Positions 46,085 to 55,740 of a stretch of DNA of 64,000 nucleotides are shown here, in pieces (position 1 is the stretch's first letter; the number at the start of each line of letters is the position of its first letter). The notes under the pieces are model-generated. The model saw only the letters and a program-made list of their open reading frames with translations, made no database searches and was not told the origin of the DNA. This stretch comes from a virus. Taxonomy: Duplodnaviria; Caudoviricetes. The stretch is from the IMG/VR virus record IMGVR_UViG_3300021431_000075, positions 1 through 64,000 of that record. One strand, 5' to 3'. The position numbers and the translations under genes were made by a program.

Positions 46085-46846
46085 ATGATAAGACAAAATA
46101 ATAGAGCTCTTTATGAGAGCATTATGAAAGACGTTGCGAAAGTTATAAAGAGAAGACTCAATGAAGGTCTTTATGACTACGTTACAACAAGTTCATATGA
46201 AGATGTTAATTCCATGCTTTCTAAAGAACGATTGAATAATCTTGAAATACATGAATACCATGAGGGTTTTGCTGTTATTGTAGATAGAGAGAATGATTGT
46301 ATGAATTACATAGATGAAGATGAAAATCTTCTTTCTGATATGTGGTTTGACGAATGTTCTTATTTTAGCGATGGATGCGGAAAAGTAATAAAAGACGACA
46401 AGATTAATTTTATAGACAAGACCGGTAGAATGCTTTTTCCTGAATGGGTTAAAATGAGTGTAGTGGATGTTTATAACTTTCATGAAGGATTTGCTGTTGT
46501 TAAAGAAAGTAAAGGCCAGTACAGATTTAATTATATTGACAAGAATGGAAGATTGCTTTCTAATCAATGGTATTTTGATGCTGGTTCATTCCATAACGGT
46601 TTTGCTAAAGTTAGTATCGGTTTAAACAGTTGGAATTATATAGACAAGAAAGGAAGATTGTTGTCAAAAGAATGGTTTGATTATTGTTGGAATTTTGGCG
46701 ATTCTGTAGATAAGAATCATGCTATTGTGTCAAAAATTGTTGATGAAAAAACATTCAAGAAAAAACGTTTTATGATAGACAAGAAAGGTAGATTGACAAA
46801 GTTTGATCGTTCAAAACAAATAGACAAACCTGTTGAATTGTGGTAA
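46085..46846 (+). CDS. Short WG/KWG repeat protein with YESIMKDVA...LNE leader
   Basis: WG repeats; both TATCTTTG (46017) and GATAAATA (46051) upstream. Confidence 0.85.
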   Translation: MIRQNNRALYESIMKDVAKVIKRRLNEGLYDYVTTSSYEDVNSMLSKERLNNLEIHEYHEGFAVIVDRENDCMNYIDEDENLLSDMWFDECSYFSDGCGKVIKDDKINFIDKTGRMLFPEWVKMSVVDVYNFHEGFAVVKESKGQYRFNYIDKNGRLLSNQWYFDAGSFHNGFAKVSIGLNSWNYIDKKGRLLSKEWFDYCWNFGDSVDKNHAIVSKIVDEKTFKKKRFMIDKKGRLTKFDRSKQIDKPVELW

Positions 46847-46854
46847 TAGAATAA

Positions 46855-46889
46855 AAAAACCCAAGAAATCAATGATTTCCTGGGTTTTT
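46855..46889. terminator. Bidirectional intrinsic terminator
   Basis: aaaaaccca.gaaatc...gatttc.tgggttttt. Confidence 0.8.
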
Positions 46890-46907
46890 CTTTTATAGTC
46901 TAACTAA

Positions 46908-47459
46908 TTAGATGATAAACTCGTCCGGAATCTCCGAACCGCCTTCGTTGGCAGCCTTCTCATCATTGTCATAATCTTCGTCATCGATGGTGAAGTCTTC
47001 TGAATCGCTTTCCTTGCTGTCAGATTCCTTATCATTGCCACTCTCTTCTTCTGCATCTTCGGAATCAATATCCTCAAGACTCAGCATGTCATCATCGCCG
47101 CCTTCCAAATCTTCCTCGCCTTCATTAGACTCATCATCTTCGGAATCTTTCAAACCGAGAACAACTTCGATATCTGCACCCGGAACATAGTTCTTAAGGA
47201 AGTTCTCAACCAGTCCGCTAAGTTCAATGCAGTCCTCAATCTTCACGTTGTCAAGCATCTTTGCAATCTTCATCGCAATCTTCAAAGAGTCGATTCTAAT
47301 AGTCTCCTCATCGACTTCAGACTCGACTTCCGAACCGCTTTCGTCACCCTCGCTTACATTATCGTCCTCAACGAGAAACTCATCATCGTCAAAAGAATCC
47401 GATTCCTTGATGTACCTGTTCACTATACTGTTTCTATTATTAAACTTATTGTATTTCAT
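46908..47459 (-). CDS. Highly acidic protein with basic N-terminal leader
   Basis: Basic first 18 aa ending IKE, then D/E-rich body. Confidence 0.75.
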   Translation of the reverse strand: MKYNKFNNRNSIVNRYIKESDSFDDDEFLVEDDNVSEGDESGSEVESEVDEETIRIDSLKIAMKIAKMLDNVKIEDCIELSGLVENFLKNYVPGADIEVVLGLKDSEDDESNEGEEDLEGGDDDMLSLEDIDSEDAEEESGNDKESDSKESDSEDFTIDDEDYDNDEKAANEGGSEIPDEFII

Positions 47460-47462
47460 GTC

Positions 47463-47744
47463 TTAAATTTCGTCATTTTTAGCGATGATGTAATTGAGGA
47501 TTATTGAAGAAATCTTCAATATGTCAACAGGAGAAGCCATTGAAGTAAGCTTCACGAACTCAAGAGCGCAATCAATACTCTTCATCTTAAGAGAGTAATA
47601 CTTCGTCGTCTGCTTTCCTATATTCGAACTTGTTTCTTCGACTTCATCTTCAAACTTGTGCAAGATGTCATCACCCGGTGTAGCAGGCTGAACATCATAT
47701 GTCACATTGTTATATTGTCGTTCCCGTTTGTTTGGAATTTCCAT
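47463..47744 (-). CDS. Hypothetical protein
   Basis: 93-aa ORF behind the extended promoter motif. Confidence 0.65.
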   Translation of the reverse strand: MEIPNKRERQYNNVTYDVQPATPGDDILHKFEDEVEETSSNIGKQTTKYYSLKMKSIDCALEFVKLTSMASPVDILKISSIILNYIIAKNDEI

Positions 47745-47773
47745 ATAGTCTAATGAAAAACTTTTTCTTCTTT

Positions 47774-47790
47774 ATTATAAGATATTTATC
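47774..47790 (-). promoter_or_regulatory. Phage promoter GATAAATATCTTATAAT
   Basis: Exact extended motif. Confidence 0.8.
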
Positions 47791-47801
47791 TTTGTACAAA
47801 A

Positions 47802-47978
47802 TCAAGAAGTGTACTTATCAATCGTACTTCCGCTTCCTTCCTCGTTGAAAACGACTCCGTTATCAAACCAGTAACTCTTGAGAACACTCTCACACATGTC
47901 CGAAAACTCTGCGGCATTCTCGAAACCGGCTGCTTTCGCCTTCTCGTCATCAACCTTGAATTCCATTAAAAATCTCAT
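47802..47978 (-). CDS. 58-aa hypothetical protein (MRFLMEFKVDDEKAKAAGFEN...)
   Basis: Below the ORF-track cutoff; coding-like codons; GATAAATA at 48012-48019 (-). Confidence 0.65.
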   Translation of the reverse strand: MRFLMEFKVDDEKAKAAGFENAAEFSDMCESVLKSYWFDNGVVFNEEGSGSTIDKYTS

Positions 47979-48022
47979 AGTTTCAATTATTTCTTTTTAC
48001 TAAATTTGATTTATTTATCATT

Positions 48023-49945
48023 TTAAACTTCGTGTTTCAAAACATCACGCCTGTCTTTCGCAATTCCCTTTCCGAACCACCTATTGATGCTCTGGTCGCT
48101 CAACTCGTCCTTCTTATAGTAATGAAACATCGGGTTCTGCATCATCTCCTTGTACTGCTGGTTATTGAGAGAACCGAGACCCTTTGCATACTTGATATTG
48201 TAGTTCTTCAGTTCCTTCTCTCTCTGCTTGTACTCCTTATATGTATATATGTTTATCGACTCCTTGTCATTGTATGCAACCATAATCGGAGATATGGACC
48301 TGCACACCATGCCGTACTCGAACAGTTCCGGAAACCTGTTGAAGAACACGAGCAGCAAACCGCATATGTGGCTTCCGTCATAATCCGCATCTGTCGCTAT
48401 GACAATCCTGCTGAAGTTCAAATCCTCTTTCTTGTTCTTGCAACCCCACTGCAGACCGATGATGGACACCAAGTCGCTCAATTCCTTGTTCTGCATAATC
48501 TTGGAAGCCGAGCTTGAAATCGTGTTATACGGACAACCACGAAGCAGATATGCAGCCTGTGTCTGAGGATTCCTTGCCATTCTGAAACCGGCATTGGCAG
48601 AATCACCCTCGAATATCCACAGCTCCCGTTCTGCACGGTTCTTTGAATTAGCATCTATAAACTTGTCGCCTCTGGAAATCTTCTTCTTTGAATCCTTGTT
48701 CAACTTCCTGATATTCTTCAAGTCTTCAACTTCCGTCTTCTGTCTGTACCAGTCCATGACAGTGTCTATCAAGTCCGTCTTGTTCACAGAATCAAGAAAC
48801 TTCTTCGACATCGCGAACTCGTAGTTGCTATCACTTATCTTAAACTTGCTAACCGGAGTCGTAAGCGTGTCTTTCGTCTGGCTGTCATACGCAGGGTTGT
48901 CAACATGCATCAAGCAGAATATGGAATACTTGCCGTCGATATCCTTCGGAACAAGACTGATCTTCTTCTTTGCATTGATATATGAAGACACGCTCTCGTT
49001 GATGTACTTGTGTATAGCCCTGATATGCGTTCCGCTTGAGCACTCGGCTCCGTTCACGAAACCGATGTTTATATTCCCGTCCGGGAAGAACCACACAGAC
49101 TTCATATCATCAGAATACGTTATGAGAGAATCCGCATCATCTATATAATTGCCATACAGCATGATATACTCCTCAAATTTTGAAAACTTCCATTCAGATG
49201 AATATTCGCAGAAACCGTTCCTATAATGCTCGAACTTGACAGTCAAGCCAAGATTCGCTGCTGCTGCATCAATGCACCGCTTCTCTACAACATCAACAAA
49301 CTCGTCCGATATGCTTGTTATATTCTCAAATCTTGACAAGTCGAAAATATACGATGATTCTGTAAAATGGTCCTTGCAGTTCTTCTTGACTGCATCCCCG
49401 TTATCCTTTCCCATATTATCGCTCCAAGAATGAAAGTACGAATGCTTTCCATCTGCTGTAAATATGCTAAAATAAGATGAGAAAATGCCTGTTAAGCAAG
49501 CGCCTATTCCGTTCGTTCCGACAACATCGCGACTTTCTGTATCATCATAGTTGGATGATGTTCTCAACTGCGAGAACAAGAAATCTGGAAGCATCATATT
49601 CGCAACCTTATGCATCACGACAGGAATGCCGCCGTTATCTCGAACAGAGAAACTTCCATTGTTGTCTATCTTCACGACAATCTCCGTCAATCCCATGTTT
49701 CCTTCACGCCTGAACTCGTCGCATGAATTCGATATGACTTCATCACACAACTTGAGAAGTCCCGGACAGCAATCAACCGAACACTTCTTCATCAACGACT
49801 CTTCAACATCATACAAGAACAAGTCCATCTGCTCGTTCTTCACAGAACCTATATACATCCCGCTTCTGAACAGAATATGCTCTCTCTGACTCATCTGACG
49901 GTACTTGTCCTCAATCTTCTTTACCTTGCTCATTTCTTTGTTCAT
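48023..49945 (-). CDS. gp39: DNA topoisomerase II large subunit (T4 gp39+60 / GyrB-like)
   Basis: GHKL motifs EVISNSCDE, DNGGIP, GTNGIGA; TOPRIM FEGDSA, LRG, TDADYDGSHI, KGLGS. Confidence 0.93.
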   Translation of the reverse strand: MNKEMSKVKKIEDKYRQMSQREHILFRSGMYIGSVKNEQMDLFLYDVEESLMKKCSVDCCPGLLKLCDEVISNSCDEFRREGNMGLTEIVVKIDNNGSFSVRDNGGIPVVMHKVANMMLPDFLFSQLRTSSNYDDTESRDVVGTNGIGACLTGIFSSYFSIFTADGKHSYFHSWSDNMGKDNGDAVKKNCKDHFTESSYIFDLSRFENITSISDEFVDVVEKRCIDAAAANLGLTVKFEHYRNGFCEYSSEWKFSKFEEYIMLYGNYIDDADSLITYSDDMKSVWFFPDGNINIGFVNGAECSSGTHIRAIHKYINESVSSYINAKKKISLVPKDIDGKYSIFCLMHVDNPAYDSQTKDTLTTPVSKFKISDSNYEFAMSKKFLDSVNKTDLIDTVMDWYRQKTEVEDLKNIRKLNKDSKKKISRGDKFIDANSKNRAERELWIFEGDSANAGFRMARNPQTQAAYLLRGCPYNTISSSASKIMQNKELSDLVSIIGLQWGCKNKKEDLNFSRIVIATDADYDGSHICGLLLVFFNRFPELFEYGMVCRSISPIMVAYNDKESINIYTYKEYKQREKELKNYNIKYAKGLGSLNNQQYKEMMQNPMFHYYKKDELSDQSINRWFGKGIAKDRRDVLKHEV

Positions 49946-50015
49946 TTGGGTATTTATTTTCAATCTTCATTTCTATCTAAATCATCTTTTTGATTTTTCA
50001 GCGAAGATAAATATC

Positions 50016-50252
50016 AAAAATCCAAAAAACTGAAGTTAATAGTTGCGAAACTCGATTCAGTTTTCATCGTGCTGGCTAACAGCGATTCTTTATTTCTTTC
50101 TTAACTTAATAACTTAAAACACTTAAACTCTATTTTAATTCAAGAAACAAGAAAAAGAAAAACAGCAGCAATGACTTGTGAAAGCCAGAACTGCAAATAC
50201 GAGCAAATATCGTAGCCATCTCCGAAGTGATTTCAGAGATGGCATATTTTTT
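50016..50252 (+). ncRNA. Candidate structured ncRNA
   Basis: GATAAATA at 50006, several hairpins, terminal gccatctc/gagatggc hairpin and T-tract, no ORF above 14 aa. Confidence 0.45.
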
Positions 50253-50274
50253 AAAATAAATAGTCTATAAAAAC

Positions 50275-50763
50275 ATGTCCGAAGAAAAAATGGAACTAAT
50301 CAAAGAACTTATATTTTTGATTTGCAAACTATTTACAAAAGCAAACAAAGGAGAAGAACTCAAACTAAAGCAAATGAAATTTTTTCCGTTCAAGAGGTAC
50401 AAGTACTTGATGTGGTGCGGTTATGCGATATATAGAGAAGACAAGCCGGAACTTGCAGAAATGGACCAGCGCTCAATAACACATGAGACTATTCATTATC
50501 TTCAGGCAATCGACAAAAAGTTCTGGATTGTTTTCTATGCATCATACTTGTGGAACCGAATCAAAAACAATCCGTTCTCACATCTCGGCTATTTCAAGTC
50601 AAGGTATGAACTGGAAGCATATGCGAAAGAAGACGACAAGACTTATCCAGAACGACGAGAAAGAAACGCTCATAAGAAATTTTACTTGACAGAAGAAGAT
50701 AAGAAGATGACGATTTCATCAGTAATCATAGCAAGGTTGAAAATCAGATATAAAGACTTATAA
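50275..50763 (+). CDS. HExxH zincin-like putative metallopeptidase
   Basis: THETIHYLQ...YELEAY; AATAAATA at 50255. Confidence 0.65.
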   Translation: MSEEKMELIKELIFLICKLFTKANKGEELKLKQMKFFPFKRYKYLMWCGYAIYREDKPELAEMDQRSITHETIHYLQAIDKKFWIVFYASYLWNRIKNNPFSHLGYFKSRYELEAYAKEDDKTYPERRERNAHKKFYLTEEDKKMTISSVIIARLKIRYKDL

Positions 50764-51531
50764 AAGCGGTTCCATCGACTGCTCGTACTGTATCCTTTCA
50801 ACACACTTGTCATAATATGACTTGTCCTTCTCTATTCCGATAAACTTCCTCTTCATGCGAATGGCGGCAATGCCCGTACTCGCGCTTCCCATGCAGTTGT
50901 CAAGCACAACTGCATTTTCATTGCTATAAGTCCTTATAAGGTATTCAAGAAGCTTGACCGGCTTCTCCGTCGGATGAATCTTTCCGTTACGGTTCGGAAC
51001 AACATCAAACTCAAGAACATCGCTCGGCTGCACATAGTCCGGATCGTACTTCTTCGGTTTCTTTCCCATCTGTATATGGTTGCTGTCTCCGCAATAATGC
51101 TCATAGTTATAGCATTGCTTCTTCTCGCCGACACGCTCTTTCATCTGAGGATTATAGACCGCTGACTTCGCTCCCTTGTTGAACACGCAGATTTCCTCGA
51201 AATACTTCATCGGTCTGTATCTCGCGCTTGACATTCCGGTCGGAACGTTTTTCTTCCATATAAGCCTATATCGAAAATCATCAAGATTGCTTTCCGCCAC
51301 CTTGAACGTGAACTGTCCGCTACTGAACAATACCACGTTTCCACTTTCCTTAAGAATCCTGTTGTATTGGTTCCACAACTTGTCAAACGGAATCAGAACA
51401 TCCCATGATATGTCAGTGATTGCATACGGCAAATCACACAGCACAAGATCTATGCTTTTATCCGGAATCTTGTCCATGACATCAAGACAATCTCCGTTAT
51501 ATAGAGTTACTCCATCAGATTCGAACATCAT
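50758..51531 (-). CDS. DNA N6-adenine/N4-cytosine methyltransferase, beta class
   Basis: DLPY (motif IV), HPTEKP, VLDNCMGSASTG (motif I). Confidence 0.92.
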   Translation of the reverse strand: MMFESDGVTLYNGDCLDVMDKIPDKSIDLVLCDLPYAITDISWDVLIPFDKLWNQYNRILKESGNVVLFSSGQFTFKVAESNLDDFRYRLIWKKNVPTGMSSARYRPMKYFEEICVFNKGAKSAVYNPQMKERVGEKKQCYNYEHYCGDSNHIQMGKKPKKYDPDYVQPSDVLEFDVVPNRNGKIHPTEKPVKLLEYLIRTYSNENAVVLDNCMGSASTGIAAIRMKRKFIGIEKDKSYYDKCVERIQYEQSMEPLL

Positions 51532-51601
51532 AATTATGATACATCAAAAATGCAGAAAAGTTTAAAAACAACCACATCAAACTGTTGAAAATAGATAAAT
51601 A

Positions 51602-51781
51602 ATTCAAACGAGAGAAGCAAAAAATCTTGATTTATGGACTGTTCAAAGACACTTGCCTGCTCAATCTGCACAAGTCGTTGTCCAGAGAAGCCGCAAGTCA
51701 CAACAGCATACGTCATCTTGCACGAAACAGCATAGCCCTGTCATCCAATGCAACAAAATGACTTATGCTGTTTTCTTTTTT
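51602..51781 (+). ncRNA. Candidate structured leader / ncRNA upstream of phoH
   Basis: GATAAATA at 51594; nested stem acagcata-cgtcat...atgac-ttatgctgt followed by a T-tract. Confidence 0.35.
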
Positions 51782-51801
51782 AAAAAATCAAAAATTACTA
51801 A

Positions 51802-52608
51802 ATGGCTCGAAAGAAACATTTGCAGGGAGTCGATGAAACCGACTTGGAAATCATCGAAGACAAGATGAGAGACACATCAAGCGGACAACCATATAGCGAC
51901 TCAACGATTTCATCAACGAACTATTCGTTCAAAATCAATCTCAAATGCAAAAACCAGAAACAGAAAGATTTTTTGAATCTACTGAAGAACGACGCATACC
52001 AGATCGTGATAGGTCTCGGTTCAGCCGGCAGCGGAAAGTCGATGATTTCTCTTGCTTATGCGCTCAATACAATCAAGATAGGTCAAGCAAGCCAGTTCCG
52101 GCACATCGTCTGCATGATTCCGACTTGTCCGGCTGGAAACATGAACATCGGATTCCTGAAAGGAACGCTTGAAGAGAAGATAGAACCATATCTTCAGGCA
52201 GACGGTCACACGATGGAAAAGATTCTCGAACTGTCAGGAAACACGTCATGCAAATCAACGATAGACGGTCTGTTCAGAAACGGAATCATTCGATACGAAC
52301 TTGTCAACTTCTCGAGAGGAAAGACATTCGACAACACGCTCATCCTTGTCAATGAGGCGGAGAACTACTCGAAAGAAGAGATGCTCCTGATTCTGACGAG
52401 AGTAGGAGAAGGTTCTAAGTTGATTCTGACAGGAGACCTTCAGCAATGCGACAGGCAAGACATCAAGCGTTCGAAATCAAAGTCCGGTCTTGAATATGCA
52501 TGCGACAAACTGAAGTCCCTTGATGAGTTCGCGATGGTCGAGTTCGGTCCGGAAGACGTGGTCAGAAACCCGATTATAACAAAAATCCTAAACCTGTGGA
52601 ACATATAA
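51802..52608 (+). CDS. phoH: PhoH-family ATPase
   Basis: GSAGSGKS, GFLKG, RGKTFDN, TGDLQQCD, DVVRNP. Confidence 0.93.
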   Translation: MARKKHLQGVDETDLEIIEDKMRDTSSGQPYSDSTISSTNYSFKINLKCKNQKQKDFLNLLKNDAYQIVIGLGSAGSGKSMISLAYALNTIKIGQASQFRHIVCMIPTCPAGNMNIGFLKGTLEEKIEPYLQADGHTMEKILELSGNTSCKSTIDGLFRNGIIRYELVNFSRGKTFDNTLILVNEAENYSKEEMLLILTRVGEGSKLILTGDLQQCDRQDIKRSKSKSGLEYACDKLKSLDEFAMVEFGPEDVVRNPIITKILNLWNI

Positions 52609-52619
52609 ACCATCATCAA

Positions 52620-52653
52620 TCCGGCTCTCAAAAATAAATAAAAGAGAGCCGGA
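52620..52653 (+). promoter_or_regulatory. Phage promoter AATAAATA inside the loop of a perfect 10-bp hairpin
   Basis: tccggctctc-aaaaataaataaaa-gagagccgga. Confidence 0.65.
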
Positions 52654-52673
52654 AATATTTTTTAATTACAGAC

Positions 52674-53954
52674 ATGAAAATCAACGAATCATTGTTCAAC
52701 AATGTAGATTCAGAAGAAATAGAAGACATCGAAGACGTATATTCGAACAACATAGACTCATATCCGATGATTCTATCAATGTTAATTCATAACGAATGGA
52801 ATGCCCAGAAAATGTCAATCGGAGACTTCTGTAGCAAAGTCATTTCAAAACTTGCAAATACGTTAGATGAAGTGCTTGATGACGACAGCAGCATTCTTGA
52901 TAGGTCTCCTCTGTTCTTTATGAACGACTGGTGCTATTCAGATTCAAAATATGAAAAACTGGCATCTGTCAAACCCCAGATGATGAACGGTTACTGCGCA
53001 TATGACTTCGGCAACAAAGACGGCAACTTCACTATCTCATGGTTCATATATCCGGCATTCCTGAGGTACTTCCAAATCCGCAGATTCTTTAAAAACCTAA
53101 TCGAACCGGCAGAAAAGTTAATACAAGACATTGACAACACTCTCTCTATATTCACTGTTCAAATTCTCGACTTGACACATAATAAACGAGGTTTTGTTTT
53201 AGAAGATTACTTCCATGAGAAATATTCAATTTTCCATGACACTAAAGGAATCGCTATGGCATATGCGATGCTGTTGCCAAAGTACAATGCGAACTCATTG
53301 ATTCATACGATTCTGACAGAAAAAGCAAACACGATTATAAAAGAAAGAAAACATGTAGAAGATATCATAAAAAATAATGAATTGCCGGCACAGTTCAACA
53401 AAAGAAAAATAAAGTTAATTGAAATTTCTGGTCCAAATGGCGAAGGTGCCATGCTTAACATGATTAAACAATCAGGAGAACTCATATCTAAAATATGGGC
53501 AAACAGCATCATAACATATGACTATGTTGTAGAACTATGCCTGTTCGGGAGCGGCATATACAACAACAAGTTTGAGACTCTAAACAATCAGCCAGTACGA
53601 TTGAACATGGTCAATATATGCGGAGAACTTGTTTTTGAGAAATGGATAGACAGAATCAAAGACATTGAAAGCGAATACGGCAAATTATTCATCGTGGAAA
53701 AAAACAGAGAGAGGAATTTCCTGAACCAATACGGCGTAATCATCGGAGAAGAATGGAAAAGCACACTCGGCGGTGAATGGCACAAACTGTCTTATAATGA
53801 TGGTTACACATACTATATAGATCCGATTGAACGCATTAATGCAAAAATATATCGAGAATACCCGGATGGAAAACTTGAACTGGCTCCTGAAATAGCAAAG
53901 GCGTTGAATGAAATAAAACCGGAGAAAAAGAAAAAGCCATCAAGAAGAAAATGA
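52674..53954 (+). CDS. Leader-family protein with degenerate WG-like repeats
   Basis: MKINESLFNNVDSEEI leader; LN.....GEL....W units. Confidence 0.75.
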   Translation: MKINESLFNNVDSEEIEDIEDVYSNNIDSYPMILSMLIHNEWNAQKMSIGDFCSKVISKLANTLDEVLDDDSSILDRSPLFFMNDWCYSDSKYEKLASVKPQMMNGYCAYDFGNKDGNFTISWFIYPAFLRYFQIRRFFKNLIEPAEKLIQDIDNTLSIFTVQILDLTHNKRGFVLEDYFHEKYSIFHDTKGIAMAYAMLLPKYNANSLIHTILTEKANTIIKERKHVEDIIKNNELPAQFNKRKIKLIEISGPNGEGAMLNMIKQSGELISKIWANSIITYDYVVELCLFGSGIYNNKFETLNNQPVRLNMVNICGELVFEKWIDRIKDIESEYGKLFIVEKNRERNFLNQYGVIIGEEWKSTLGGEWHKLSYNDGYTYYIDPIERINAKIYREYPDGKLELAPEIAKALNEIKPEKKKKPSRRK

Positions 53955-55261
53955 AACATATCATCTACCAAAAAAACAAGTTCAATGCATTGAACGAGAA
54001 TTTAATGGGAGAATTAGAAGCGGAAGAAGTAACTGACGATTCTGACAAACTGGTCATAAATCCAGAAAACTACGACTTCTACGTCAGAATCACTATGCTT
54101 ATTGCGATTCCGGTTCTGATAATACGGTCGAAAGAACGTTATCTTGCAGCGATTAAGAAACTGAATGAAATAATAGACGAATCGACAGCGATATACGACC
54201 ACAGCACCGTTTGTAGTTTCTATGACGATATGGAGAATGCAGAGATGATGATAGTTCCTGTACATAATCAAGATGTTCCGAAGGACAAAATGATGAACAA
54301 TGGCATCCATTTTGCAATCTCAACAAACCATATCAGCAGACGAGAACTTTGGAAGCTTCTCCAAAATATAACAAAATGTCTATTCGAAATGGTTTCAAAC
54401 GACATGGAATCATTTGATGCGTTTTTCTCACGACTGTGCATTAACAAAAATCTCGGAAATGGTCAATTCGAAACAAACAGCAGCAATTCAGTCGATTTGT
54501 TACATTTCTTTCCGACATTCTTATCTCTATTGAACAAAGAAAAAGAAAAGGAAGCGGAACACGAGACGCTGATTAGTCATTTAACGAAACTATTCAATCT
54601 GTTCATTCCAGAACAAGAAATAAAGAACTATATATACATCATCGAGCAAAGTGGAATTGATGACATATTGCATTACTGCATCAATGGATTAGATGCTATA
54701 CAAGACAGCAGTAGCATTACAGATCCGTTAAACATAAAAAGAAAATTCCTTCAGGCATTCTATTTCAAAAGCAAGACTATCAATTTGCCAGACAAAGACA
54801 AAGAAACATTTATCGGCAAACCGTTCATTTTCTATTCAGCATTATCAAGCAATAACACATATGTTCTATTGAGTCCTATAACATCATTCGGCTTCATAAA
54901 TCCTTGTTTCCCAAAATCAACAACAACACAAAATGTTCTAAAGTCATTAACAAAGAGCCAGACGAAACTAAAAAGGATATTCGCAAGCAGCTGCTGCCTG
55001 ATGACAAAAGACTTGTCTAAAGGAAACAACGTAGAAGAATGCGTTGAAACTTTTCTTGCATTATATCTCGACTTTGGTTTCGTGAAAGTGAACTATATGA
55101 TACAAAGATGCATCGTCATGTTCCTGATTAGCTCGAATATAGACAAAAGAGATGAAAGCATAGCAGAACTACACAAGCTCATACCAGAACTGAACCCGAC
55201 GATTGCAAATGACTATCTAAATTTAGCGTTGAAAATGTCAACCAAACTAATTTATCAATAA
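53951..55261 (+). CDS. Leader-family hypothetical protein
   Basis: LNENLMGELEAEEV leader followed by YDF; no WG repeats. Confidence 0.75.
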   Translation: MKHIIYQKNKFNALNENLMGELEAEEVTDDSDKLVINPENYDFYVRITMLIAIPVLIIRSKERYLAAIKKLNEIIDESTAIYDHSTVCSFYDDMENAEMMIVPVHNQDVPKDKMMNNGIHFAISTNHISRRELWKLLQNITKCLFEMVSNDMESFDAFFSRLCINKNLGNGQFETNSSNSVDLLHFFPTFLSLLNKEKEKEAEHETLISHLTKLFNLFIPEQEIKNYIYIIEQSGIDDILHYCINGLDAIQDSSSITDPLNIKRKFLQAFYFKSKTINLPDKDKETFIGKPFIFYSALSSNNTYVLLSPITSFGFINPCFPKSTTTQNVLKSLTKSQTKLKRIFASSCCLMTKDLSKGNNVEECVETFLALYLDFGFVKVNYMIQRCIVMFLISSNIDKRDESIAELHKLIPELNPTIANDYLNLALKMSTKLIYQ

Positions 55262-55272
55262 AATGTAAGAAA

Positions 55273-55479
55273 ATGCAATCAAAAACCAACTTAATTAATA
55301 TGTTAAAGTCATCGCGTACTCCAATAGAGGGTGACATTGCGAAGGAGATTCGCAGTGCAGTTGCTCGTATATTCACTGGTCAGTTGAATGAAAAAGATAG
55401 AGCAAGCATAAACCGCTCTATAGAATCTCTGAGCAAGTATAAAGCGAACTGGATAGGACGCAATGGACAAAAAAAATGA
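55273..55479 (+). CDS. Small hypothetical protein
   Basis: 68-aa ORF in operon position. Confidence 0.5.
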   Translation: MQSKTNLINMLKSSRTPIEGDIAKEIRSAVARIFTGQLNEKDRASINRSIESLSKYKANWIGRNGQKK

Positions 55480-55547
55480 ATTGATATCAAAATCAATAAT
55501 TTTGAAAATTGAAAAATAAATAGTTAAGCAAAATACACATATAGAAA

Positions 55548-55727
55548 ATGAACTTCAAAAACGGTGACATCATCAGGATTCTCTCGCATGGAATCATTCA
55601 TGACGGCATCATCAAGAAGATAGGAAGCAAGTTCATTTACGTTGAGACAGTCGGCTCCAAATCAATAACCGAGAAGTTCGACAAGAAATCAAGAACATCA
55701 GAAACAGGCTCCTTAATCATCAAATAA
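55548..55727 (+). CDS. 59-aa small beta protein (MNFKNGDIIRI..., SH3/KOW-like)
   Basis: Below the ORF-track cutoff; AATAAATA at 55515. Confidence 0.6.
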   Translation: MNFKNGDIIRILSHGIIHDGIIKKIGSKFIYVETVGSKSITEKFDKKSRTSETGSLIIK

Positions 55728-55740
55728 ATCTCGAATCACT

